A stretch of DNA of 49,249 nucleotides, counting the filler, from Stramenopiles sp. TOSAG23-3 (lineage: Eukaryota), in the NCBI GenBank assembly GCA_900128585.1. It is 4 parts of 4 records of this genome, joined end to end, with 100 filler letters (N's around TTAATTAATTAA, not from the genome) between each part and the next. Parts side by side here need not be neighbours in the genome. Positions count along the whole stretch, not along the records: positions 1 to 22,499 come from LT642334.1; positions 22,600 to 45,071 come from LT642335.1; 2 more parts are not named here. The stretch is one strand, 5' to 3'. The position numbers were made by a program, and so were the translations under genes. Position 1 is the first letter of the stretch; the number at the start of each line of letters is the position of its first letter. The notes beneath the pieces are model-generated. The model was given only the letters and a program-made list of their open reading frames with translations, searched no databases and was not told where the DNA came from. This document shows, one piece after another, positions 19,975-30,938 of this stretch.

Positions 19975-22499
19975 TTAGTACCATTGCTTCCTGAATGCTG
20001 AGTCTTCGGGTTCAAGCAACGGGTTATTCGCCGATCCTACATACTCAATTTCTGAGATAACTTCGCTGCGAACTTGCTCCCAATACTTCTCCGCTTCTAT
20101 CAATTTCCTAAGGTCGACTCCTGGAGGGATCCGGTGAGATCTGTGTTCCATCTTTCTACGAAATGATTTGGTCACCCAAGACGCTTTGACTTGGCTCTTG
20201 GTGACTGCCAAGCATTCGACGTAGCATAAAGCCACAACAGACGCCAACTCCCTTTTATCAGGGTGTAAAATTGCATTTTCACCGAAAGATGCCGGCTTTG
20301 TTAGCACCAGTGTTTCCACGGACCGTTTGCTGTCCTCGTCTCCGTATTTTTCGAGGTAATCTTTTCTAGCTTGCCTCAAGCCCTCAAGTTCCCCAGTTAT
20401 TTCATTTATTTGCGATTCGTACTTCTTTTTTATGATCTCTGGGTCGCAGTCCCTGTGAACCCTCAATTTTTCTTTTGTCTTCTGCAGCGTTTCTTGCAGC
20501 ACCAATTCTTTTTTTCTCATTTCCTCGGCCTCATTTGGGTACGCTTCAATTTTTACAACACCTGTCTGGAGAATGTAAAACGATTCGCTAATTTGCCCCT
20601 GGTTGATAATTTTTTCTCCCTCCTGAAAATAGCGTTTCTGCGTTACTGCAGCCAACTTTGTCAAATTTTCGTCCGTCCATTCGTCAAAGAGTCCAGTTCT
20701 TATGTAAGCTTTGTATTTGTCTTGCAACTCTTTCAAGTGAAAATTCGCAATACCGATCGCGCGAAAATCGGCTCCGGCAACTTGTAGAACTGACGAGAAT
20801 TCTTCTGCGTAGACCGTTGCGCTTCTTTTCTGGCGAAATATCAATCCAAGCTCCCCAAACGATGTCCCAGGATACATATGATTCACAATTATCGTTGCCT
20901 CCGGATCCCGTGGGTCCCGAATTCGCACTCCTAACTTTCCTTTAATTACTATGTAGTAATTGTCGGGATCTTCTCCTTGCCGACATATTACCCTGTCGCG
21001 CTTCACATCCCTTAACGTCATGACCCGGCTCATGGCGTCTTTCACCGCCTGGGGGTAATGCCCGAAGCACGGCAAGGTCGATGTGATGTATGAACAGGCT
21101 TCTACCTGTTCGTTGGTGCGATAGTTGGGCTGAACACGAAGCGCAGCGTCTGTGTCTGCTGGAAGAGATCTGTGAGCAATCGCTTGCAGATCCACGGAAA
21201 GAATGCCGTTTTCTTCTTTCTTGTTCCCGTTGCTGGCATCCCCCTTTTGGTTCTTTGAGCTTCCACTCAGCTCGTCCAACACATGGGTGTCATCGTACAG
21301 CTGGTCTTCGTCCGCTTCTACTTCTCCCGTCTTTAACCGTTCTTTCTCATCCTCCTTAAATTTCTTGTAGATGTCTTCGTTCCTTGCATCACGCGCCTTT
21401 TCTAACAGCACCAGCGTATTTTGTTGCCCGTGATGTTTGTTGTGACCTTGGACGAATGATTCGTCCAAAACGCCCTGTAACGATTGCAAGGAAACGCCAC
21501 CGGCCCTGGCGCCGCCGGGCCCTAATTTTTTCTGCGGGGCCTGTTTTCTTGAGCTGGTCACAGGGCTGTTTTTTCTACTGCTACGGTGAGCGACATACTT
21601 CAACAAGTAAAAGTCTTGGTTTGCTTCGACAAACTGCCCGTGTCGTCTCCGTAGCAGGACCCTATTGTGAAGGGCTGCTTTCAAAATTGCCAGCTCTTGT
21701 TTTTCGACGTTTTCGTCCGCAATTACAGTGTTTAGATCTTCGAGCGCTAAATGTAATTTTCCCATTTTTATGTGAATTACGGATCTGTTGTAAACCACGC
21801 TTGCATAATCGGCATGATCCGTTTTGAGACGAGAGAGAATGAGACGAATGTCCTCTTTGCTCGATGAGTATTTCAAGGAGCGTGCGTATGCTAACGCCCT
21901 ACACATCAGGGGCCACTCACTGATCGTATCGTTCATGGCTATCTTTCGACTGAAAAAGCTAGCCGCGCGCTGCATGTCCGCAATGCTCTTCCCCTCCGCT
22001 AAATGCCTCTCTCGCATCTCTTTTGGGATCCATGAGGGTGTGATGAAGCCTCGAAGCAAAGGGTCGTCTCGGCTGAAATTGCGCACTCTTGCCAGTCTTG
22101 CCTTTTCCGCTTCTATTTTTCGTTTCTCTGCCATTCTTTTCACTCTCTCCTCTGCTTCCTCGGTCTGCCTTTTACTTATTTTTGAAACTGCTGCTGCATT
22201 CTTCGTAGAGAAGCCCGTGCGGGTCAACCGCTTGGTCTTTCTTCTTTGTTTTGTCTCCTCGGAATTGTTCGTAAATTTTGCCCACGCTTTGAAATGTGCC
22301 TTTTGCGATGCTCTCCGCCAGTCCTTTGCAAACATTCGTATAGCCATTTTCCCTGTCTTGGTTCGGTTGTATTCTTTTCGCTTCTGGTACTTCAATTTGA
22401 ACTGCATGTCCCACTGCTGAGAACTTTTCACGTGGTTTCTAATGGTTTTCTCACGCTTTCCTAAGTCTAAAATTCGTTCCACAAAGTCTGCAAATTCCA
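19975..22499 (-). CDS. TPR plus two cyclic-nucleotide-binding domains protein (5' end truncated by the contig end)
   Basis: YNRS...IKMG....ALEDL TPR-like repeats; ICRQGE...YYIV.KG...G.SFGELGL....RSATV; second cNMP domain IINQG...FYILQTG...FGE. Confidence 0.85.
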
Positions 22500-22600
22500 N
22501 NNNNNNNNNNNNNNNNNNNNNNNNNNNNNNNNNNNNNNNNNNNTTAATTAATTAANNNNNNNNNNNNNNNNNNNNNNNNNNNNNNNNNNNNNNNNNNNNT
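22500..22600. other. Artificial contig linker (N run, TTAATTAATTAA six-frame stop, N run)
   Basis: The same construct appears at 22544-22555, 45116-45127 and 47206-47217, each within a ~100-nt N block; genes are cut off at these points. Confidence 0.92.
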
Positions 22601-22761
22601 ATTCCTTCTTTCTTTACTTTCATTTCAAAAACATTTCTACATTTCATTTACGAACACACTTACCCCCCCTTTTTACACGGTCGTTTTTTTCACGACAATC
22701 GCAAATTAAACGGATAAAGTCAAATTGAACCCGACAACCCATTTTACCTTTACAAAGCACC

Positions 22762-24960
22762 ATGGCGCTCGCAAAGATGACACTACACACTCAAGTTGGA
22801 AACGAAAACCGCACCGGCGAACCAGAAACTACGGGTCAAAACTTAGGCACTTGTTCGCTCTTGAAATATTATTTTGTGCCGTGGATTCTAACGGAAAAAG
22901 ACTTGGGTATTGAAAACTGGAATTATCTTGTCAAAATTGAGTTTAAACAATTCTTACGCGATGAAGCCATGCCTCCGAAAAAGATAAAAGAAAATGCTCG
23001 CGCTTATTTTATTGAACATTTCGGGAATATGTTACGCGATGCCACCGCAGGATGGGAAGGCCTCTCTTGGGATATGATTGTTCGTATTTCTAAGGCGGGT
23101 GATACGTTCGTTCCTGCTCCAAATGATTTTTGGAGAACACACAAGTTATTGGATAATTTTTTTATTCCAGCTTGTTACGAAGTTCATGAACTTACGTATA
23201 AAGACGAAAATGGAAATACTCATCATTATGTCAAAAACTACGCGGGATTGGAACTTTTAAATTTTTATTGTATGAAAATTTTGGACAACCTCGCACTATC
23301 CGTCCATAACGGAAAGTATCCGGATATGGAAACCGCGTCTAAACATTCGGAGTGTCCCGTCCCGGCGTTGAGTGAAGCGTTTGAAACAAAAGATTTGTTT
23401 TTAAAGCAATTTTCGGATAAACAGCAAAAATTGATACGCGAAGGCAAAAGCCCTTATGCCACCCGAATGCGTCACTATGAATCAAATGGACGTAATGGAA
23501 TGACAGCCGAAAGTTTCTCAGACAGAAATGGTGTAACATATTTGATGGGAACGAAAAGTCAAAGACGCAATATTTTTTACCAAGGCGAAACAAAATTTAG
23601 CCCGTCGTTTGGATTACCTGTGCCTAAAGGACACGGAGTTCAATTTAAACAGAAGAAATTTTCCTGTCATCGTGGTGATTATACCTATCTTACAAATGAA
23701 GGAACATATGACGCATTCATAAATACGGATGGTGACTTAGTGTATAAGACAACCGGTATAGTAAAATGCTACTATCCAAATGGAGAAATATGTGCCGAAA
23801 CAACTTCCAACGAAGAGGGTCAAGTAACTTTTTCTACTATGTTTCGCCCCGATGGCTCAATTTATCGCGAAGGGGAAGCACAAGGAGTAGCTCAATCTTA
23901 TTACTTTGTTGGAAAAGTAACCGATTATCGTTCAGACGGAAAGACAATTTTTTTCAAAGGATTTTTAGTCAATAACTCAATGATTGATTTTGACAAAGAT
24001 TACACCTTTTTCAAGAAAACTGGAACGGTCAGTAATGACATTGAAAAAGTAAAACAGTTCCTTACTGATGAAATTCGCAACGACACAATTTCTTTTAGGA
24101 CAGTTGAGTGGATACAAGATTCCATTAAACGTTACGAAAAGCAAAAGCGACAAGAAAAAGCCGAACGAGAAGCAGCAACCAGAAAAGCCGAAGAAGACGC
24201 ACGTAAGGCAAGAGAAAAGGCCGAAGCTGAAAAAAGAAAGGCCGCCAAGCGAAAAAGATTAGTTGAAGAAGAAGCTATTAAGCTAAGTCATGTCCAACGA
24301 CAAATGGAATTAGCAAGAGAAACCCGTCGTAGGTCAGAACGGCTTCAAATTAACGAAATGGCCGCTTTTATTGAAGAAAGATGTAAAGCCGGCAATATGG
24401 ATTTTGGCGTGTTTGGTATTCTCCACCAACAAAATAATGGCGGAGGCAACTATTCCTACACCGTAAAGAAAAACCGGAACAAGTCAAAAAAGAAGAAGTT
24501 GAACAAGCAAGATTTCTACGCGACCGCGAGCGACTTTGTTGAGAATTGTTTAAACAACAACCGAAAAAAGTTTGAAGAAATTATTAAGAAATTTATAACT
24601 TTGAACGAAGGCGTAGAAGAATCCAAAACTGGTTCAGCACCCGAAGACGAAGACGAAGGCGAAAACGAAATTACCCAAAACAATCTACTGCCCGTGGGTG
24701 TGCCCGAAGAGCCCCCAACCCTTTATTTGTTAGAAGGTGACGATTATCTAAAAAAGCTTATTGAGATTATCGGGCAAGATGTTTATAACCACATGGAAAA
24801 AGTCAAAGACGCCCGAAAACCGAAAACGCCGAAAACGCAGAAAAAGAAGAAGCCAAACAAGAAGCGAAAACAACCAGGAGCATCTTCCAGTGGGAAAAAG
24901 CGTCGTGCCCCCAAAGCAAAAAAGCGTCGTCTTGTGAAATTTGACCGTCGTCTTGTGTAA
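22762..24960 (+). CDS. PLV hypothetical protein with MORN2-like repeats, coiled coil and basic C-terminal tail
   Basis: 732-aa ORF; G.VKCYYPNG, FRPDG.IYREG and G.VTDYRSDG repeats; KKKKPNKKRK tail. Confidence 0.75.
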   Translation: MALAKMTLHTQVGNENRTGEPETTGQNLGTCSLLKYYFVPWILTEKDLGIENWNYLVKIEFKQFLRDEAMPPKKIKENARAYFIEHFGNMLRDATAGWEGLSWDMIVRISKAGDTFVPAPNDFWRTHKLLDNFFIPACYEVHELTYKDENGNTHHYVKNYAGLELLNFYCMKILDNLALSVHNGKYPDMETASKHSECPVPALSEAFETKDLFLKQFSDKQQKLIREGKSPYATRMRHYESNGRNGMTAESFSDRNGVTYLMGTKSQRRNIFYQGETKFSPSFGLPVPKGHGVQFKQKKFSCHRGDYTYLTNEGTYDAFINTDGDLVYKTTGIVKCYYPNGEICAETTSNEEGQVTFSTMFRPDGSIYREGEAQGVAQSYYFVGKVTDYRSDGKTIFFKGFLVNNSMIDFDKDYTFFKKTGTVSNDIEKVKQFLTDEIRNDTISFRTVEWIQDSIKRYEKQKRQEKAEREAATRKAEEDARKAREKAEAEKRKAAKRKRLVEEEAIKLSHVQRQMELARETRRRSERLQINEMAAFIEERCKAGNMDFGVFGILHQQNNGGGNYSYTVKKNRNKSKKKKLNKQDFYATASDFVENCLNNNRKKFEEIIKKFITLNEGVEESKTGSAPEDEDEGENEITQNNLLPVGVPEEPPTLYLLEGDDYLKKLIEIIGQDVYNHMEKVKDARKPKTPKTQKKKKPNKKRKQPGASSSGKKRRAPKAKKRRLVKFDRRLV

Positions 24961-24970
24961 TTTAAATTAT

Positions 24971-25046
24971 AAAAAAATACACCCCTTTTACGATAATTGG
25001 ATTTCTATAAGAAAACACTAAAATCCGCCGGGGGGTGGGTTTTTTT
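24971..25046. repeat. PLV intergenic imperfect palindrome, copy 1 of 8
   Basis: A7-TACACCCCTTTTACG...CCGCCGGGGGGTGGG-T7; close reverse complement of copy 5. Confidence 0.92.
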
Positions 25047-25063
25047 AGTCTTGCTCTATATAT

Positions 25064-25300
25064 ATGAACACAACAGCGATTAACAATCCTTCTTTTAACT
25101 ACGAAACTTCAACCTACGTAATAATAGGCCTTTTAGTAATAAGCGAAGTCTTACCTTTTATTAGAAAAACAAAGGGTTCTGGCTTCCTCCATAGTATTGT
25201 GTGTTTATTAAGAGGAAGTCAATGTGTAGCAAAAAAATTAGCAGATGAAGTAGAAGAATTCACAAACGTAGAAAAGGCATCTAACCCGGAATCGGTATAA
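25064..25300 (+). CDS. Small membrane protein
   Basis: 78 aa with a hydrophobic segment YVIIGLLVISEVLPF; ATG in a TATATATG context. Confidence 0.65.
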   Translation: MNTTAINNPSFNYETSTYVIIGLLVISEVLPFIRKTKGSGFLHSIVCLLRGSQCVAKKLADEVEEFTNVEKASNPESV

Positions 25301-25357
25301 TAATATTAATTGTGAAAACCATTTAAATAGAAAATTATAATATACAATAATACTATA

Positions 25358-25615
25358 ATGTCATCTCCAGAATTGTCCGTATCCGTAAGCACGCTATTAG
25401 AGGTTTATAACAAATATGAATCTATCCGAAAAAATAATTTATTACGAAGCAAAAAATATCAAAAAACCGAAAAGGGTAAAGCAACCAAAAAACGATACAA
25501 TCAAAAATATTCCAAAACTGAAGCCGGAAAGGAAGCACAGCGTAAAGCAAATCAACGATACAGAAACAGGCTTAAATTGGAAAAACTCCAAAATCAACAG
25601 ATTTCCGTAGTCTAA
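25358..25615 (+). CDS. Small basic helical protein
   Basis: Repeated KY.KTE.GK units; TATAATG start context. Confidence 0.65.
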   Translation: MSSPELSVSVSTLLEVYNKYESIRKNNLLRSKKYQKTEKGKATKKRYNQKYSKTEAGKEAQRKANQRYRNRLKLEKLQNQQISVV

Positions 25616-25676
25616 GGCGATAAAATACCTATACATCGTGAAAATATCAACATATTTTTGATAAATCTTGATATTT

Positions 25677-26348
25677 TCATACTTGAACCCATTTTTTGTT
25701 AATCTTTTCGTAATGTATTATTCTATTATTTTGTTTCAAAAAGTTTTCTCCTACTTTTCTAAGTTTTTGTATTATTTCCCCATCTTTTTGATTGTAATGT
25801 TCTTTGAGTATATAATGAGCTACTCTGAATTTATGGAAATTCTCTTTACTAATCCGCATTCGCTTGTTTCCAATCATTTTTACTTTGCGTATCATATCGG
25901 TGGCTATTTTACACACATCCCTGTTCATGTGACTTCGCAAAGCAGCCTTATTGTTCATCACAATCCGGTTACAACATGGACAAGGCCGTGCTTGATTGCT
26001 TTTCAATAATGTTTGAATATCAACTAATCGTTTATCCCTTCTACCTACACTACCAATGGCCGCTTGAACTATTGGCGTATCCATCAATGTAGTGAAGGAT
26101 GTTTGTAGTGTTTTAAAATAATCCATTAACGCCTTTAAATTATTACTAAGGGTTAGGTAGTCGCCATCGCTTAATTTCTCGTGAAATAGACAAACATCAT
26201 CTATGGCCGATTGAATCGCAGAAAGCTTAATAATCAAATCCCGGTTATTTTGACGTTGTTCCGAACTTCTATGGGAAATATTGGTATTGGCATGTTGAAG
26301 TGCTTCATGAAGCACAGAGTTATTGCTCGCATCTTGAATAGTATTCAT
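25677..26348 (-). CDS. Hypothetical protein with a C2HC-type zinc finger
   Basis: CPCC...LRSHM....C; 223 aa. Confidence 0.65.
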   Translation of the reverse strand: MNTIQDASNNSVLHEALQHANTNISHRSSEQRQNNRDLIIKLSAIQSAIDDVCLFHEKLSDGDYLTLSNNLKALMDYFKTLQTSFTTLMDTPIVQAAIGSVGRRDKRLVDIQTLLKSNQARPCPCCNRIVMNNKAALRSHMNRDVCKIATDMIRKVKMIGNKRMRISKENFHKFRVAHYILKEHYNQKDGEIIQKLRKVGENFLKQNNRIIHYEKINKKWVQV

Positions 26349-26562
26349 TTTGCTATATAGTATTACATAAATATATCTTTAAGCTATTTTTTATATTAAT
26401 TAATATATTTTGCGCGATGCTATAATGGGTTCAACAAGCAAGAATGAGGCGGTCTAAAAACGGGGCAGGGTTAAGCAATTTTGCCTAATACAGAAAATCA
26501 TAGGCAAGACAGAAAAAACAATACGATATATGGTAAGAACCCAAAAGTTGTCCATGTAACAC

Positions 26563-26640
26563 AAAAAAAACCCACCCCTTTTACGAAAATGTGTTTTTTA
26601 TAAGGAATACCCAAAATCGTAAAAGGGGTGGGTTTTTTTT
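26563..26640. repeat. PLV intergenic imperfect palindrome, copy 2
   Basis: A8CCCACCCCTTTTACGA-AAATGTGTTTTTTATAAGGAATACCCAAAA-TCGTAAAAGGGGTGGGT8. Confidence 0.95.
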
Positions 26641-26852
26641 AACTCATTATATTTTTTGTGATGCTCTAACCCTCCTTCTAACTCCACCCAATTAAGTATT
26701 TTAATTCAATTTTCTAATTTTTAACCCTAACTCTAACATTATTCTGTAATGCTGTGTGGTGTTAAGAAACTTAATTAGTAGTGTTATATGTAGGGTTACG
26801 CAATTAATTAATTAATAAAATGACTTAAAGAGATGCCGTCATACTATAACAT

Positions 26853-29800
26853 ATGAATGCTCCTTCGTGTTCCAGCGTATATTCCGCCTCCATGGCCAAA
26901 TCTAATACTAAACCCAAAAAGGGTAAGCAACCTAAAAAGGGTTCAGCAACCCAAAAGGGGTTGGGCAAAAAAAAACTGTCCGCCGCCCAAATTAAAGCTA
27001 ATATTATTAAATCCAGTTATAGTATGATTGATATTAATAAAGTAAAAAGAGTAACACCATTAAAAAAAGGGATGTTGTTCTTTTTTAAGAAACACAAACC
27101 CGGATGTCCAAAAGGTAAGCGATGTAAGTGTTATAAGCCTTTTGAGTTCTTACACAAAAATTTACAAGATGATGAAATTCTATTAAAAATTGTAGAGCCT
27201 ACTCATAGAGGCAAAGACAATAAAGGAGAAGCTCATATGTTTGGTAAGGCGAAAAGGGATGATGTAATTCAAAAAATAAAAACCAAGCAAATGTATTTAC
27301 AAGAATGTTTAAATGAAAACAGACCATTTCGCTTATTGCTTGATATTGATGGGTATAACCAAAATTGCCTTCAAAATACCGTAACGCTATTACAAGACCT
27401 ATTTGGTAAAAATGTTAAAATGGCTATAAGCGGTAGTATAGCAATGAAGAAAAAGAAAGACGATAGTGAAGCAAGAAAGTTTTACTCGTATCATATTATT
27501 CTACCCGAAATCATTTTTGATAATTTGGAACATTTTAGCGATTCAGGAATGGAACAGTGGCTTGCTAAAATTGTTGATAGTGATGAAAACAGTGAAACCT
27601 ACAATGGGATTGATGTAGGCATTTATAATAAAAATAGGGCTTTTAAGATGCCAAACCAAAAAAAGCCTTATAATGATGATAGTAGAATACAAAAGGTTTT
27701 ACAAGACAAGAACATGGAACACCATATTTATAGTATTCTTCCTAATACAGAATATTCACCACTATCCGAAATTGTAATTGAGAAGCTAAATGAAATAAAA
27801 AAAGAAGCCGGGCTTAAAAAGATAAAATCGGTTAGTGGGCGAATATCAGGGGGAAAAAGAATAAAACGAGCAAAAGGCTCTAAGCGGTTTATTGATAATT
27901 ATGCTCATATCAAGAAAATAGAAGGGCAAGAAGCACCGCTTATTGATTTGGCAAATACCTACAATGCTGATTTGCTTATGAATATCCCAAATCTGAAAAG
28001 CAACCCATTAGGGCATAATGGACATTGGTTAGTGCTGCTGTGGGCATACCACAATAAAAATATTTCGTGGGAACAATACCAATTATGGGAAGCCACGTAT
28101 GATGGTGCTGAAAAGCAATATTTTGAAAAAGATGATTGGGACGCTTGTGCGGACTGTAATTGTCATTTGAAGAACAAACACATGCGTCTGTTAATTGAAC
28201 GGTTTTGGGGAAAAATACCAACACCGGCATTTCGCAATATGAAAAAAGAATTTCTTGACGTGGATACAAAAGGAGCTCTTGTAATCAAAAGAAAATGGAT
28301 GAGCAGCGAGGACATAGACGATAAAAAAGCTCAACTTTACTGTGTTGGCATGGGCGGTGGTAAAACGTATGTAACCATAGAATACTTGATTAAGAGGATA
28401 AACGAGAATCCTGACCTAAAAGTGCTTTGGATTACAAATCGGGTAAGTATGGCTACAAACTTAGAACCACGATTAAACGATAAGAAAGAAGGAAACGATA
28501 AAAATTTAAAATTAATAGAAAATAAAAAAATGAAGGAATTTGAGGCCTTGAACAAACAAGTGGAAAAATTACAAAAAAGCCTCGTTGATATAAAACATAG
28601 CAAAGCCAATTATAATCAAAAAGTTCTATTTGAACATTTGAGCGTTAATACACGAATAGAGCGGATTGAACAAAAAATCATAAAGAAACAAGAAGAAGCC
28701 GAAGAATTAAAGAGTTCGTTTCTTGTTCGTGATTTAGATTTTCAGCATTATAAACGATGTAAAGGAAAAGAGATTCGCGACGCAAACCGGGTTATATGCG
28801 AGCTGGAAAGCTTACACAGAGTAGAACACATAAAATACAATATTGTCGTTGTTGATGAACTGGAGAGTGTGTTTAACAGTTTTAGTTCAGACCAGTGCCA
28901 TAACAACATTGGCGATAATTATAAACACAACTACTTTACCTTCCAAAATTTAATTAAGAACTGTGATAAGTTTTTTGGTATGGACGCATATTTAAACAAA
29001 CGAAGCATTAACTACTTGAAAATGATTGATGAAGACATGAAGATAAATCTTGTTATTCGCGACCCTGAATTCAATGATAAGAAACAGGTTATTTTGTATA
29101 ATCAGTGGGAATGGGTTGAAAAGGCCATTGAACGAGTAAAGGCTGGTGAGAACATTTATATGTTTTATCCATACAAAAAAGAAAAAGGGTCAATGTTGAA
29201 GAAAAGTATGGAAGGGTTGGCAAAGACAATTGCGGTTGGGGCAAATATTCCAGAAGAACTTGTAAGATTTTACCATGGAGAAATAGGCGATGCGGACTTA
29301 AAAAAGCTTGACGATGTTAATACGGAATGGAGGAAGTATAGAGTGGTTATTACTAACACAAAGATTACTGTAGGTGTTAATTTCTCAGTTAAAGATTACT
29401 TTGATTCATGCTTTTTGTGTTACGCAGATTGGGTAAGCCCCAGGGACGTAATTCAAAGTAGTTGTCGTGTTAGGTATTTCAATACCGATAAAATTTATAC
29501 CACAAAATTACCAAATATTTTCGCGGCAGAGGCATGTAAGAAAAGAGCAAAAAAGGATGAAGGAGAGGATTTGGATTGTGATGATGAATATGATATGGAA
29601 TTGAACAATGAGTTAAAAACACCACACTTGCCTGATGAACCACGATTTCTTATGGGCGATACATATTTGGAAAAGCAAGACAAAAAGCCTTTTAGATACA
29701 TGATTCAATTTTTAACCGATGAATACTTCGCAAGAGGCCTACCCCTTCTTCTTCATTATTTTAAAGTATCCGGTTACACCATCTCTTACACCAAAAACTA

Positions 29801-30719
29801 TTTAAACAAAGATATGATGAAGGAAAGCCAAATGAGGGTGGAAACCATATTTTACGATGAACATGACCCGTTTGATTTCTTTAACATCAGAGAAATTGAC
29901 GAAGACGATTTTAAAGATATTGAAGAAAGAATAAAAGATATTGATGAAGATGTTACAGAAGAAGAAAAACATCAAGTTAATAAATATTGTATTACTAAAT
30001 GGATACAGCATTACAATCCTGATTTGGGTCAAATTGATTTTGATGAAGACAGCCCCACAGGCTTGGCCGATGGCGTAGAGTTCTCCGTTGATGAAATGAG
30101 AGCATTAATGCTTGCTACAGAGCTGTATGAAAAAGACATTATAATGGACGCTATGTTCCGCCTATACAGAAATGATAAAATAATGAATTATGCCTTACAA
30201 TACGAAAGAAAGCAAAATAAATACGGATTCGTAGAAGACGATGATATGGAGTATAGCAAGCGATTTATTTACAACGAAGAAGAGCTTACGGAATCGGATA
30301 GGGAATATATCTACCAACACCTTCACATTAACTATGGGCTTACCAAAGACAAAAAGGCTTTTATGACCCAAGACTCGTATTATATCAAAAAGGCGATATT
30401 GAAGGAAGCATTTAATAAGAACGTAATTACGAGGCCAAACAAAAAAGTAATCTTTGATGATAAAATTGAAGATATACTACAATCTGCTTTAAGCTACTTC
30501 AAGCCATTCTGTAATAATAATATTAGCAAGACAGAGCAAGAGGAAAGGAAGCAATTGTATCATGAAAACGAAAAATTATTTCAAGAACGATTTGATTCAT
30601 TTGAATGCGAAATAGATAGGGGACAGGAATGTATGACCGACACACCATCACAAAAAAAATTCATAGAAACCAAATATGCCGTGGCTGGTCAAGATAGGTG
30701 GTCTATGTATGGTCTATAA
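26853..30719 (+). CDS. AEP (PrimPol-like) primase fused to a herpes UL9/OBP-like SF2 helicase
   Basis: AEP motifs LLLDID, SYHII and D.GIYNKNR.FKMP; helicase motifs MGGGKT, VVDELES, FYHG, TVGVNF and DVIQSSCRVR. Confidence 0.85.
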   Translation: MNAPSCSSVYSASMAKSNTKPKKGKQPKKGSATQKGLGKKKLSAAQIKANIIKSSYSMIDINKVKRVTPLKKGMLFFFKKHKPGCPKGKRCKCYKPFEFLHKNLQDDEILLKIVEPTHRGKDNKGEAHMFGKAKRDDVIQKIKTKQMYLQECLNENRPFRLLLDIDGYNQNCLQNTVTLLQDLFGKNVKMAISGSIAMKKKKDDSEARKFYSYHIILPEIIFDNLEHFSDSGMEQWLAKIVDSDENSETYNGIDVGIYNKNRAFKMPNQKKPYNDDSRIQKVLQDKNMEHHIYSILPNTEYSPLSEIVIEKLNEIKKEAGLKKIKSVSGRISGGKRIKRAKGSKRFIDNYAHIKKIEGQEAPLIDLANTYNADLLMNIPNLKSNPLGHNGHWLVLLWAYHNKNISWEQYQLWEATYDGAEKQYFEKDDWDACADCNCHLKNKHMRLLIERFWGKIPTPAFRNMKKEFLDVDTKGALVIKRKWMSSEDIDDKKAQLYCVGMGGGKTYVTIEYLIKRINENPDLKVLWITNRVSMATNLEPRLNDKKEGNDKNLKLIENKKMKEFEALNKQVEKLQKSLVDIKHSKANYNQKVLFEHLSVNTRIERIEQKIIKKQEEAEELKSSFLVRDLDFQHYKRCKGKEIRDANRVICELESLHRVEHIKYNIVVVDELESVFNSFSSDQCHNNIGDNYKHNYFTFQNLIKNCDKFFGMDAYLNKRSINYLKMIDEDMKINLVIRDPEFNDKKQVILYNQWEWVEKAIERVKAGENIYMFYPYKKEKGSMLKKSMEGLAKTIAVGANIPEELVRFYHGEIGDADLKKLDDVNTEWRKYRVVITNTKITVGVNFSVKDYFDSCFLCYADWVSPRDVIQSSCRVRYFNTDKIYTTKLPNIFAAEACKKRAKKDEGEDLDCDDEYDMELNNELKTPHLPDEPRFLMGDTYLEKQDKKPFRYMIQFLTDEYFARGLPLLLHYFKVSGYTISYTKNYLNKDMMKESQMRVETIFYDEHDPFDFFNIREIDEDDFKDIEERIKDIDEDVTEEEKHQVNKYCITKWIQHYNPDLGQIDFDEDSPTGLADGVEFSVDEMRALMLATELYEKDIIMDAMFRLYRNDKIMNYALQYERKQNKYGFVEDDDMEYSKRFIYNEEELTESDREYIYQHLHINYGLTKDKKAFMTQDSYYIKKAILKEAFNKNVITRPNKKVIFDDKIEDILQSALSYFKPFCNNNISKTEQEERKQLYHENEKLFQERFDSFECEIDRGQECMTDTPSQKKFIETKYAVAGQDRWSMYGL

Positions 30720-30732
30720 AAATTCAATAAAC

Positions 30733-30810
30733 AAAAAAAAACCCACCCCCTTTACGAAAATGTGTTTTTTATAAGGAATACCTATAATCGTAAAAGGGGT
30801 GGGTTTTTTT
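30733..30810. repeat. PLV intergenic imperfect palindrome, copy 3
   Basis: Near-identical to copy 2; lies between the convergent primase-helicase and ATPase genes. Confidence 0.95.
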
Positions 30811-30938
30811 CACGTTTTACTTGCTAATCCTATATTAACCTCCATGACCCATTGGAGGTTTAAATCTATTTTTGTTTTATGTTAGGGTTAGGAATAGGGT
30901 TGTGTTTTATCAATATTAATAGTATTGATAAAATACCT

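Noticed and set aside
22400-22700. PLV inserted into and disrupting the cNMP gene
   Set aside because: The boundary is an artificial N-TTAATTAATTAA-N linker, so the adjacency is not evidence of integration and no target-site duplication can be read.
26464-26482. Match to the protease 5' region (TTAAGCAATTTTG at ~42238)
   Set aside because: A 13-nt AT-rich identity is compatible with chance.
26804-26815. TTAATTAATTAA as a fourth linker
   Set aside because: No flanking Ns; it is natural AT-rich sequence.
30881-30901. TTAGGG-like words (also ~2125-2164, 26722, 46851) as telomeric arrays
   Set aside because: Only one or two degenerate units each, too short to support telomeric integration or a telo-box claim.
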